Source: an uncultured Candidatus Saccharibacteria bacterium
Lineage (GTDB): Bacteria > Patescibacteriota > Minisyncoccia > 2-02-FULL-40-12 > GWA2-44-9
DNA length: 64,000 nt
Reading direction: 5' to 3'
NCBI GenBank assembly: GCA_964513645.1
Contig: CAZENF010000003.1
Span: forward strand, 127,914-191,913
The translations under genes and the position numbers were made by a program. Below, one piece after another: positions 47,141-55,197 of this stretch (the stretch's first letter is position 1; each line of letters starts with the position of its first letter). Under the pieces are notes generated by a model. That model ran no database searches, was not told the origin of the DNA, and saw only the letters and a program-made list of their open reading frames with translations.

Positions 47141-47719
47141 TTACCATTTAACTCCCCATAGAAGGAGTATTTTTATAAAAAAGTATATCGAAGTGTTTGC
47201 GAAGATATGTGAAAGGACGGCCAGCTGCCATTCTCTCGTCCTGATTACTAACCAGCTCCAGGTCAGGCCGACAAAGAATATTGGCCCGAGGATGGGTAAA
47301 GAGTCGGAATGGCCGAGCGTCCACAAATAATTACCGATGATGAAAGGTATCCAAGCGAGAAAGTAAAAGAATTTTCCGGCTTCGTTCCCGATAAGTTCAT
47401 TGTTGCGGGACTCCCACAATTTAATGAACATTATAAGCAATAGTAAACACAGCCACGGCAGAAGGCGGTACTGAATTTCTTCCGCTCCGATGGTAATGCT
47501 ACTGGTAAGAAAAAATTTACCAAGGTCAGATATCGGATAAAGGAAGCTGATGTGAACATTCAGGTATGGTTTGAGTGTTCTGAACAATGGACTTGGGCCT
47601 GTTATCAGGGCTGACAAAAGAAATAATCCCGTGACTACTGTAATGTTGATGAGTGCTATTTTAAAAAATAAGAGCCACTTTTCTTTAGGAGCAGGCGGTG
47701 GAGCCAGGATATCGAACAT
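47141..47719 (-). CDS. CPBP (CAAX protease/Abi) family intramembrane protease
   Basis: EEIQYR, WTLGH, H..AN motifs; multi-TM. Confidence 0.7.
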   Translation of the reverse strand: MFDILAPPPAPKEKWLLFFKIALINITVVTGLFLLSALITGPSPLFRTLKPYLNVHISFLYPISDLGKFFLTSSITIGAEEIQYRLLPWLCLLLLIMFIKLWESRNNELIGNEAGKFFYFLAWIPFIIGNYLWTLGHSDSLPILGPIFFVGLTWSWLVIRTREWQLAVLSHIFANTSIYFFIKILLLWGVKW

Positions 47720-47834
47720 TTTGATATTTTCAAGGGACCTTAGAACTGGCTGATTTATACCACATTTTTAGGAATTTGTCGATATACAGATGGTCTGATG
47801 TTTGTAGTAAAATTAACTGGTAACGCTGAATTAT

Positions 47835-48494
47835 ATGGGAACTTTTCTTGGAATTGATCTCGTTGCTCTGATTAAAACAGCCGGATATCTGGGCCTGTTT
47901 TTTATTGTCTTTGCCGAGTCGGGATTATTGATAGGATTCTTTTTTCCTGGAGATTCATTGTTATTCACGGCTGGGTTTTTAGCTTCGCAAGGATTTCTCG
48001 GAATTGTACCCTTAATTTTATTGATGGCGGTTGCGGCGATACTTGGCGATAATGTCGGCTATGCCTTCGGGCGCCGAATAGGAGTAAAAATATTTACTCG
48101 TGAGGACTCGGTTATATTTCACAAAGCTCATCTCGAGAGGGCCAGAGTTTTTTACGAGAAATATGGAGGTAAGACTATAGTTCTTGCCCGCTTTATGCCG
48201 GTGGTCAGGACATTCGCGCCGATAGTGGCCGGGGTGGGACAGATGAACTATGGTCAATTCGTTTTTTATAATTTTTTCGGCGGCCTCGTCTGGGGACTTG
48301 GAATGCCGTTGGCCGGTTATTTTCTCGGCCGCACTATACCGAATGTCGATCATTACTTGCTGCCGATAATTTTGCTGATAATCTTGATCTCGATAGCACC
48401 GCCTCTTTGGCATGCTTTGAAAGACAAAGAGGATAGGAAGCGTATCAAAGAAGCGGTTATAAGCATAGTTCACTCTCTTTTGGGCAGGAAATAG
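47835..48494 (+). CDS. dedA: DedA-family membrane protein
   Basis: FAESGLLIGFFFPGDSLL, GDNVGY, ARFMPVVRTFAP. Confidence 0.9.
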   Translation: MGTFLGIDLVALIKTAGYLGLFFIVFAESGLLIGFFFPGDSLLFTAGFLASQGFLGIVPLILLMAVAAILGDNVGYAFGRRIGVKIFTREDSVIFHKAHLERARVFYEKYGGKTIVLARFMPVVRTFAPIVAGVGQMNYGQFVFYNFFGGLVWGLGMPLAGYFLGRTIPNVDHYLLPIILLIILISIAPPLWHALKDKEDRKRIKEAVISIVHSLLGRK

Positions 48495-48516
48495 GATTTG
48501 TGGTATACTTACATAT

Positions 48517-48720
48517 ATGTACGTTTTTGGTCTGGCAATACTTCTTCTCGGTCTCGCATTTTTATTGAGGAATCTCGGTTTGCTTAGTTTTGCCGCGAGT
48601 TTCTGGTCGGTTTTTTATCCTCTGGTTATAATTCTGGTCGGGCTTGGGGTACTTGGAGCCACTTATGAAGGCCGGAAATTTCTCAAAAGACTAAAGGAAC
48701 TCTTCGGCAAAGAAAAGTAA
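48517..48720 (+). CDS. Small two-TM membrane protein (LiaF/DUF5668-like)
   Basis: GL.ILLLG..FLL.NLG...W..FYP pattern; -10 box 7 nt upstream. Confidence 0.6.
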   Translation: MYVFGLAILLLGLAFLLRNLGLLSFAASFWSVFYPLVIILVGLGVLGATYEGRKFLKRLKELFGKEK

Positions 48721-48727
48721 AAGGTCC

Positions 48728-48952
48728 TCATGAGGACCTTTTTAGAACCAAGTTAAGGTTTTCTATCCGCTGATCGTCTTCTTTTTCCCAATTCCATTTT
48801 TCGCTGCCATCCGAGTAAACCCACACGCGTTTGCCAGGAAGGAAAAATTGAGCCAACTGCCAATCTATTTCTGCCGTACCCGGTACTTCGTATCTTAGTC
48901 TTAATTCGTAGATCTTATAAGCACATATTTTGAGCCACTCTTCTCTTTCCAT
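48728..48952 (-). CDS. DUF2934-like small protein
   Basis: AY.IYE.R...PG...DW.LA motif; SD GGAGGT. Confidence 0.5.
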   Translation of the reverse strand: MEREEWLKICAYKIYELRLRYEVPGTAEIDWQLAQFFLPGKRVWVYSDGSEKWNWEKEDDQRIENLNLVLKRSS

Positions 48953-49009
48953 TTACACCTCCGGACACGATTCTTATACATTACAATATTAAATCAAATT
49001 TGTCAATTA

Positions 49010-49477
49010 CTAAAACCGAACAATATCGCCGGGTTTGATATTGTTTCTGTCCGACCAGCCGGCGTTAACCTCGATAACATAGAGAACAGGCGACGGTGGT
49101 TGAAAAGTTGCGGGATAGGTGTCAGGTGAGATGTTTTTTGTGACAGCGACTATTTTGCCGCTCTTATCCGCCCAGAGCATATCAAGTGGAAAATGCATGT
49201 CTTTCATCCAGAACGAAGGCGTTTCGGGCAGAGGAAATATGAAGAGCATTCCGTGGTTCTCGACCATTGAAGTGCGGTATGAAAGGCCGAGAACCTGTTT
49301 ATCCGGAGTATCCGCAACTTCGACGTTTAAAATTTCTCCGCCGATGTTTATTGTTTTCTGATTTTGAATACTAGCGGTATTGTTGTCCGTTTCCGATTTA
49401 TGGTTGAAGGCGGTGAACACTAAAAGCGCCAGAAAACCGAGGCCGAAGATAAGAAGGGTTTTTTTGTACATTTGCAT
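49010..49477 (-). CDS. DUF192-family protein
   Basis: VEVADT...GLS.R, GMLFIF, FWMKDM.FPLD, YVIEVNAG. Confidence 0.88.
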   Translation of the reverse strand: MQMYKKTLLIFGLGFLALLVFTAFNHKSETDNNTASIQNQKTINIGGEILNVEVADTPDKQVLGLSYRTSMVENHGMLFIFPLPETPSFWMKDMHFPLDMLWADKSGKIVAVTKNISPDTYPATFQPPSPVLYVIEVNAGWSDRNNIKPGDIVRF

Positions 49478-49591
49478 CGAAGTTTACTCCATTATACTCG
49501 GGATTTTAGGGTTTAGCCATCGGGCTTGCCTTAAAAGCCGTTCTATGATATCATATAGGCATTGTAGGTTTTTCTCGCGTTTCCTCTAAGC

Positions 49592-49629
49592 TTTTAGTAG
49601 GAACTGACGGGAGGTCGTTCCTACTAAAA
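49592..49629 (+). promoter_or_regulatory. Stable hairpin in the long 5' leader of an RRM RNA-binding protein gene
   Basis: 13-bp stem TTTTAGTAGGAAC/GTTCCTACTAAAA downstream of TTGCCT-17-TATCAT (49526-49554). Confidence 0.5.
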
Positions 49630-49698
49630 ATAGATAGGTCAGGGGAGGGTTACCATGAATTTTTCTTGGTTTATTTTCTCCTCGATCTAAACAATTAG

Positions 49699-50043
49699 GT
49701 GAAGAAATTATATGTAGGCAATCTGCCCTACTCAACCACTGATGCCGATTTGAAGAGCATGGTCTCTCAATACGGTTCAGTCGATTCTGCTTCTGTCCTC
49801 ATGGACAGAATGTCGGGTCGTTCAAGAGGTTTCGGATTCGTCGAAATGTCGAACGATGATGAAGCCCAGGCCGCAATTGACGGTTTGAACGGTAAAGAGT
49901 TCGAAGGCAGGAAGCTGGTTGTCAATGAAGCCAGACCGCCTGCCGAACGAGGCCCTCGAAGGAGCTTCGGTGGCGGTGGCGGTGGACGTGGTGGATTTGG
50001 CGGCGGACGCGGAGGCTACGGCCGAGGCGGCGACAGCTACTAA
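49699..50043 (+). CDS. RRM-domain RNA-binding protein with Gly-rich tail
   Basis: RNP2 LYVGNL, RNP1 RGFGFVEM, VNEARP, RGG tail. Confidence 0.95.
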   Translation: MKKLYVGNLPYSTTDADLKSMVSQYGSVDSASVLMDRMSGRSRGFGFVEMSNDDEAQAAIDGLNGKEFEGRKLVVNEARPPAERGPRRSFGGGGGGRGGFGGGRGGYGRGGDSY

Positions 50044-50051
50044 TCCTTGCC

Positions 50052-50083
50052 AATCAAAAACTCCCGTAAGGGAGTTTTTGATT
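50052..50083 (+). terminator. Intrinsic terminator
   Basis: AATCAAAAACTCCC-gtaa-GGGAGTTTTTGATT. Confidence 0.8.
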
Positions 50084-50113
50084 TTCCTGGAATACGTGTA
50101 TCATAAGCTTGTA

Positions 50114-50452
50114 ATGTTTAAAATTCCGAAAAACGATGCTAAATACCACTGGACCCAACATGTTTTAAGGAAGATGGCTTTTTATGGTCTGACCCCGGAC
50201 CGGGTTAAAAGGATAATCAGGACTCCGAGCCGTATCGAAGAGGGAATAGCCGAACAAACTATCGGGGTGATGCAGTTAGGGCCGAACAAGAAAAAACCGA
50301 CAGAAATTTGGGCAATGTACCGGACAAAACCAAAATCTCATCAAAAGATAGTAATCAGTGCTTGGCGTTATCCCGGAATCAGTCCGGTCGGCAAACAAAT
50401 TCCGATTCCGCAAGATATTTTGGAAGAGTTAAAAAAAGAGAATATAATTTAA
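50114..50452 (+). CDS. Hypothetical protein (DUF4258-like)
   Basis: WTQHVLRKM..YGL...RV.R.IR.P.R.EEG, ISAWRYPG; ATG 50114. Confidence 0.6.
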   Translation: MFKIPKNDAKYHWTQHVLRKMAFYGLTPDRVKRIIRTPSRIEEGIAEQTIGVMQLGPNKKKPTEIWAMYRTKPKSHQKIVISAWRYPGISPVGKQIPIPQDILEELKKENII

Positions 50453-50474
50453 AACACAGACAGTTTAGAACGCA

Positions 50475-50526
50475 GCTGGCTTGGCCAAGAGCGTATCCGC
50501 CCTGATCTTAGGCGGAAGCGACCAGC
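50475..50526. repeat. Small intergenic palindrome (GCTGG...TCCGCC-N9-GGCGGA...CCAGC)
   Basis: Nested inverted repeats upstream of nfo, no U-tract. Confidence 0.45.
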
Positions 50527-50536
50527 AAGTTATAAC

Positions 50537-51352
50537 ATGAGAATTGGGTGTCATGTATCTATCGCAGGTGGGGTGATTAATGCGCCGAAAAACGCGGCTG
50601 ATTTAGGTTGCGAAGTTTTTCAAATGTTCACGCGGTCACCTCAAGGCGGGCCGGCACCGAAGATCGACGCTGAAGTTATCAAAAAATTTAAAGAAGAGAT
50701 GGAAAAATACGGCCAGGAGAATTGTTATATCCACGCTCCATATTATATAAATTTTGCTTCAGGTAACGAAAAAACAAGAGAAGCATCGATCAAGGTTATC
50801 CGAGAGGAACTTGAGCGCGGGAGTCTTCTCGGTGCAAAATATTTGATGACCCACCTGGGCAGTTCCAAGGATTTTACACGCGCTGAAGCGTTAAAGCTTG
50901 TTACTTCCGGTGTTCAGGCGGTGATGAAAAGTTACAAAGGCACAACCCAATTTCTGCTTGAGATATCAGCCGGTTCGGGAAATACCATCGGAGATACTTT
51001 TGAAGAACTTCAAGAGATAATGGGTGACAATAAGAATATTGGTGTTTGTCTTGATTCTGCCCATATGTTCGCTTCGGGTTATGATATTAAGACCAAGAAC
51101 GGAATGGCTGAAACCATGGCGATGCTCAAAAAAACCATCGGGCTTGAAAAAATAAAGCTCATTCATTCAAATGATTCCAAGGTTGGTCTGGGCGAACATA
51201 AAGATAGACACGACCATATTGGTGATGGTAAGATAGGCAAGGACGGCTTTATTAATCTTCTTAAAGCATTTCCTGGAGTTGATTTTATCCTTGAGACGAA
51301 GCCGGACAAAGTGGCTCAAGATATCAAATTACTAAAACAACTTCGGAAGTAA
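50537..51352 (+). CDS. nfo: Endonuclease IV
   Basis: IGCHVS.AGG, HAPYYIN, HLGS, LLE, CLDSAH, H.NDSK, DRHDHIG, ILET. Confidence 0.93.
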   Translation: MRIGCHVSIAGGVINAPKNAADLGCEVFQMFTRSPQGGPAPKIDAEVIKKFKEEMEKYGQENCYIHAPYYINFASGNEKTREASIKVIREELERGSLLGAKYLMTHLGSSKDFTRAEALKLVTSGVQAVMKSYKGTTQFLLEISAGSGNTIGDTFEELQEIMGDNKNIGVCLDSAHMFASGYDIKTKNGMAETMAMLKKTIGLEKIKLIHSNDSKVGLGEHKDRHDHIGDGKIGKDGFINLLKAFPGVDFILETKPDKVAQDIKLLKQLRK

Positions 51353-51356
51353 AATT

Positions 51357-51647
51357 ATGGCAAATTTTTTCATGAACTATGCTAACTTATCCGCCTACGG
51401 CGGAATGAATATGGGTCTTTTCTCGGCGGTCTTTACGCCCATTGTTTTAGCTCTCCTTGTCTGGACACTTTACTGGAAGTATCGGGCCCTTTGGTATGCC
51501 GCCAAACATGATGATAAGTGGTGGTTCATCGCTTTAATGATTATAAATACTCTCGGTATTCTCGAGATAGTCTACCTTTATGTTATTAACAAACAATCCG
51601 GAGAACCTTCCGGCCATGACGAGAACAGTGTTCCGATGGTCCAATAA
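51357..51647 (+). CDS. DUF5652-like membrane protein
   Basis: W...WK..ALW.AA......WF......NTLGILEI.Y. Confidence 0.7.
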   Translation: MANFFMNYANLSAYGGMNMGLFSAVFTPIVLALLVWTLYWKYRALWYAAKHDDKWWFIALMIINTLGILEIVYLYVINKQSGEPSGHDENSVPMVQ

Positions 51648-51654
51648 TAAAAAC

Positions 51655-51675
51655 ACCCCGACGAAATGTCGGGGT
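51655..51675. terminator. Terminator hairpin between convergent genes
   Basis: ACCCCGAC/GTCGGGGT stem with flanking A/T tracts. Confidence 0.6.
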
Positions 51676-51685
51676 TTGGTTTTAT

Positions 51686-51973
51686 TTAACGGGGATTTTT
51701 AGCGCAACTGTTAGGGACTCCCCATATACCGCCTTTATCGCCGGAGCTATAAATTAATGTTCCCGTATATGTGTCGCAGATTGCGGCCAAAGTGTAGTAA
51801 ATATTATTATTTGATTTTCCGGAGTAATCCCATTTTCCGAGTGCTTGAAATTGGAATCTAGCTTCTGATCTCTCAACTTGGGCCTCAACGGTAGCAGGGG
51901 CAAAATAATGGTCGGTCATTAGTCCAAATGAAAAACCCAGAACAATGAAAGCGGCCAGTACCAAGGTGCGCAT
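51686..51973 (-). CDS. Small secreted hypothetical protein
   Basis: SD AGGAG, N-terminal hydrophobic segment, two Cys. Confidence 0.55.
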   Translation of the reverse strand: MRTLVLAAFIVLGFSFGLMTDHYFAPATVEAQVERSEARFQFQALGKWDYSGKSNNNIYYTLAAICDTYTGTLIYSSGDKGGIWGVPNSCAKNPR

Positions 51974-52015
51974 TTTGGCTCCTAGGAAGTTTTAAATGTG
52001 CGAGTATAGTCTAAT

Positions 52016-53197
52016 CTATTTATTGAATTTTGTCAAGAATTGTAATTTGAACTGGGTAAACTTTCCTTTGGTGATCGAGTCACGTATTTTCTCGACAAAA
52101 TCATTGAAGAACCACATATTGTGCATGAGGGCGTAACGCTGGCCTCGGGCGAGCTCTTTGGGTGAAGCGCTTTTTAGCAGTTTTCTGATATTGCTTCGGG
52201 AAATTTTTGACTTACAGGTCGGGCAGCCGCATCTATGATCAATTATTTTTTTATCGTCCGAGAATTTGCCTCGCATAACATCCAGTGTGCCAGTTGAGGT
52301 GTACAGGCGGCCGTGGCGAGCTTCTCGGGTAGGAATAACACAATCGAAAGTATCGACGCCGTTTGAGACGGCCTCGAGGATATCTTCCAATTTGCCTACC
52401 CCGAGAAGGTGGCGAGGTTTCTCTTCGGGCAGATAGGGAATGATCCATTTTAAAATTTTAGAGATCTGTTTTTTGGTATATGAGCCGCCGATGCCGAAAC
52501 CGTCAAAAGGCATACTACCGATGCTTTTCGCGCTTTTTATTCGAAGGTCTTTGAAAATCCCACCCTGAACAATGCCGAATAACGACTGGGAGTGGATTTC
52601 GCTTCGCTTCCCGTCTTGCTCCTGTTTCCTTTTTAGAACTTCCAGACAAATTTTGGCCCATTTATCCGTCAGTGCGACGGCTTTTTGATTATATTTATAA
52701 TTATCCAAAGGCGAGGTGATGTGATCGAAAGCAAATATAATATCCGCACCGATGCGGTTTTGAATTTTCATAGATAAAGCCGGACCAAGAAAGAATAGTT
52801 TACCGTTAAAATAAAATTCAACTCCCTTGCCGCTTATTTTTACCCTTGTTCTTTTAAAATCTTTTTGGGCTTTGGCGTCACCAGTCATAAATTTGCCGAC
52901 CTTACTCTTATTTCCAAAGGCAAGAGATAAAACCTGAAACCCTCCGCTGTCGGTCATTGTTGCAACCCGGCCGAAATTAAAAGGTCTCGGATTGTGCCAA
53001 AGGTGGAAAGTATTGGCAATTATAAGTTGGGTTTTTGTTTTTTTAATATCAGCCGGAGACAGGTTCCGGATCTGTCCGTAAGTGCCGACCATGACGTAAG
53101 ACGGGGTCAAAACTTTGCCGTGAGGCGTGGTTAAAACACCCAGGCGGGCTTTTGTTCTTTTATCTTTTTTTAATATTTTGAAAATTGTTTGTGGCAA
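52016..53197 (-). CDS. tgt: tRNA-guanine transglycosylase (divergent)
   Basis: ARLG...TPHG, NTFHL, TDSGGFQ, FGIVQGG, PRHLLGVG, GVDTFDCVIPTR, CGCPTC...HN. Confidence 0.9.
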   Translation of the reverse strand: MPQTIFKILKKDKRTKARLGVLTTPHGKVLTPSYVMVGTYGQIRNLSPADIKKTKTQLIIANTFHLWHNPRPFNFGRVATMTDSGGFQVLSLAFGNKSKVGKFMTGDAKAQKDFKRTRVKISGKGVEFYFNGKLFFLGPALSMKIQNRIGADIIFAFDHITSPLDNYKYNQKAVALTDKWAKICLEVLKRKQEQDGKRSEIHSQSLFGIVQGGIFKDLRIKSAKSIGSMPFDGFGIGGSYTKKQISKILKWIIPYLPEEKPRHLLGVGKLEDILEAVSNGVDTFDCVIPTREARHGRLYTSTGTLDVMRGKFSDDKKIIDHRCGCPTCKSKISRSNIRKLLKSASPKELARGQRYALMHNMWFFNDFVEKIRDSITKGKFTQFKLQFLTKFNK

Positions 53198-53205
53198 TGT
53201 TTTTT

Positions 53206-53229
53206 AAAAACCCGCTTTTGCGGGTTTTA
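53206..53229. terminator. Terminator hairpin
   Basis: AAAAACCCGC-tttt-GCGGGTTTTT. Confidence 0.65.
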
Positions 53230-53910
53230 TCTTGATCGGTAATTTCCCAGAGCATAAGTATATTTTTCTGTGCCGCGTTTCCTCACTTCATAATCAGCGG
53301 TGCCGGTCAGGTATTTTTCAATGACCATATCTTTATATTCGGTATACTCAACTGTAAACTCGAAATTATAAACGTCTACATTGATAGGGATAAAAAGAAT
53401 AAAGATTGAACTGACATCGAAACTGAAATGATAGTTTATGTTTCCTTCAACTTTAACTACACTAAGGTTGTCGAGATTTAAATAAACTTTTCCTGATGTC
53501 CGGTTTATGAACTCATCGGCGGTTTTTCTGACCTTCAGGTCCGGTTTGGGTTTGAACTTTATGACCGCACATTTGACGTCGTTTATGACGGCGGCGGTTT
53601 CGTCGGAAGGGTCGATAAAGAATTCATACCGTGTTTGAAATGCCTGATATAACTCTTCCACGCTCAAGTTTATAAGCTTCGGCGGACCGGTAATGGTCCG
53701 CTTCTCGGTCTTTTTAGACTTAAGATGGCCCTGATCATCGTACTCTTCGCTGTTTGAGACCATATCCGTAATGATGTTCCTGCGTGCGGGATTGTTGATC
53801 TTTGAAAGACCTTTTTCAACCATTAATTTTGCGATTTCCTGACCTTTGGAAATTCTTCCGGCCAAGAAGATCACTAAAACCATGCTCAAAATGCTAATTT
53901 TCCTTTTCAA
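53227..53910 (-). CDS. Hypothetical secreted protein
   Basis: Long ORF with signal-like LKRKISILSMVLVIFLAG; start uncertain (TTG 53910 chosen). Confidence 0.6.
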   Translation of the reverse strand: MKRKISILSMVLVIFLAGRISKGQEIAKLMVEKGLSKINNPARRNIITDMVSNSEEYDDQGHLKSKKTEKRTITGPPKLINLSVEELYQAFQTRYEFFIDPSDETAAVINDVKCAVIKFKPKPDLKVRKTADEFINRTSGKVYLNLDNLSVVKVEGNINYHFSFDVSSIFILFIPINVDVYNFEFTVEYTEYKDMVIEKYLTGTADYEVRKRGTEKYTYALGNYRSR

Positions 53911-54009
53911 TACGTTCTCTATGTGTAAAAATGCTGTACATAATATATAACAAAAATCGGATATTTGCAAGTTTTGAATTTACAAAATTATTTATGGTAT
54001 AATGACCTT

Positions 54010-54249
54010 ATGAATAAAATATTGATATATTCGACTCCGACCTGTCCGTGGTGCAAAAAGGTCAAAGCTTACCTGACCGAAAAGGGCTTTGAGTACAAAG
54101 ATATAAACGTTGTTGAGGACCCGAAAGCCCAGGAAGAGATGATAGATAAGAGCGGCCAGCTCGGAGTTCCGGTCATAGATATCGACGGTAAGATAATCAT
54201 TGGATTTGATAAGGAAAAGATAGACCAGATCTTAAGTATAAAAAATTAA
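54010..54249 (+). CDS. Glutaredoxin-like protein (YruB type)
   Basis: YSTPTCPWC, SGQLGVPVIDIDG, GFD. Confidence 0.9.
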   Translation: MNKILIYSTPTCPWCKKVKAYLTEKGFEYKDINVVEDPKAQEEMIDKSGQLGVPVIDIDGKIIIGFDKEKIDQILSIKN

Positions 54250-54258
54250 TTTAATAAC

Positions 54259-54873
54259 ATGCCAAAAAAAGAATTTAAAACACTATCGTATAAATCAGAT
54301 TCTCTTAAGGGAATTTCTGAAAAAACCATTGAGATACATCACGGCAAACTTTATAAGGGTTACGTAGATAAGTCGAACGATATCAAGGAAAAACTGATGC
54401 CCATTGCCAAAAGCGGCAAAGCGGAAGGCAATCAGATATACAGCGAATTAAGGGCCCTCAAGAACGGCGAGAGTTTTGCCAATAACGGAGTCTATCTTCA
54501 TGAGAATTATTTTGCTGTTATGGGCGGCGACGGAGTGCCAAGAGGAGAAGTGGCTGGCAAAGTGACAGAAAAATACGGCTCATTCGATAATTTTAAAAAT
54601 TATTTTTCTGCCTGTGGCATGGCTGCCCGCGGCTGGGCGGTTCTGGCCTGGGATATGTACGAGAAGGACCTCCGGATATTTACCTGCGATGCCCAGAATC
54701 ACGGTGGCATCTGGGGTACGGTCCCGGTTCTTTGTATGGATGTCTATGAACACTCCTATTTCATCGATACCGGTTCTGACCGCGCATCTTACATCAAATC
54801 ATTTTTTGATAATCTCAACTGGGACAAGATAGAGGAATTCTATCAAAAGGCCAAGAAATACGAACTAGACTAA
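54259..54873 (+). CDS. Fe/Mn superoxide dismutase-family protein
   Basis: IHH..LY.GYV, LHENYF, GWAVL, MDVYEHSY metal ligands. Confidence 0.88.
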   Translation: MPKKEFKTLSYKSDSLKGISEKTIEIHHGKLYKGYVDKSNDIKEKLMPIAKSGKAEGNQIYSELRALKNGESFANNGVYLHENYFAVMGGDGVPRGEVAGKVTEKYGSFDNFKNYFSACGMAARGWAVLAWDMYEKDLRIFTCDAQNHGGIWGTVPVLCMDVYEHSYFIDTGSDRASYIKSFFDNLNWDKIEEFYQKAKKYELD

Positions 54874-54937
54874 GGCCTTGACCTCGCATCTCTATTTTAT
54901 TAATCTGCGTAAGCGATATGTCTTTTGTGGTTGAGAA

Positions 54938-55189
54938 ATGAGTCTTTTGTCTTATCCGGCCGCTTTTGTCCTGGCGATATTTATTTTTGCCATAGGTTGG
55001 AGTTTGTACGGCGGAGCTTTAGAACAGAAGGACAAGATTAGCCTTCCGAGCCTCGAATATGCAAGCTTTACAACTGAAGAGAAAAAGAAATATAACGAAG
55101 ATATTAAGTCTTGTAAAAAATGGGGGATAATCGTGATTTGTGCCAGTCTTCCTTTTGTTGTGTATTTTTTCATCAAAGCCGCAATGTAG
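54938..55189 (+). CDS. Small two-TM hypothetical protein
   Basis: 83-aa ORF with two hydrophobic segments ending in a hairpin shared with the convergent gene. Confidence 0.45.
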   Translation: MSLLSYPAAFVLAIFIFAIGWSLYGGALEQKDKISLPSLEYASFTTEEKKKYNEDIKSCKKWGIIVICASLPFVVYFFIKAAM

Positions 55190-55197
55190 CGGCTTTT

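Noticed and set aside
49919-50113. Extended N-terminus of the 177-aa ORF
   Set aside because: Overlaps the RRM gene and its terminator; ATG 50114 is the plausible start
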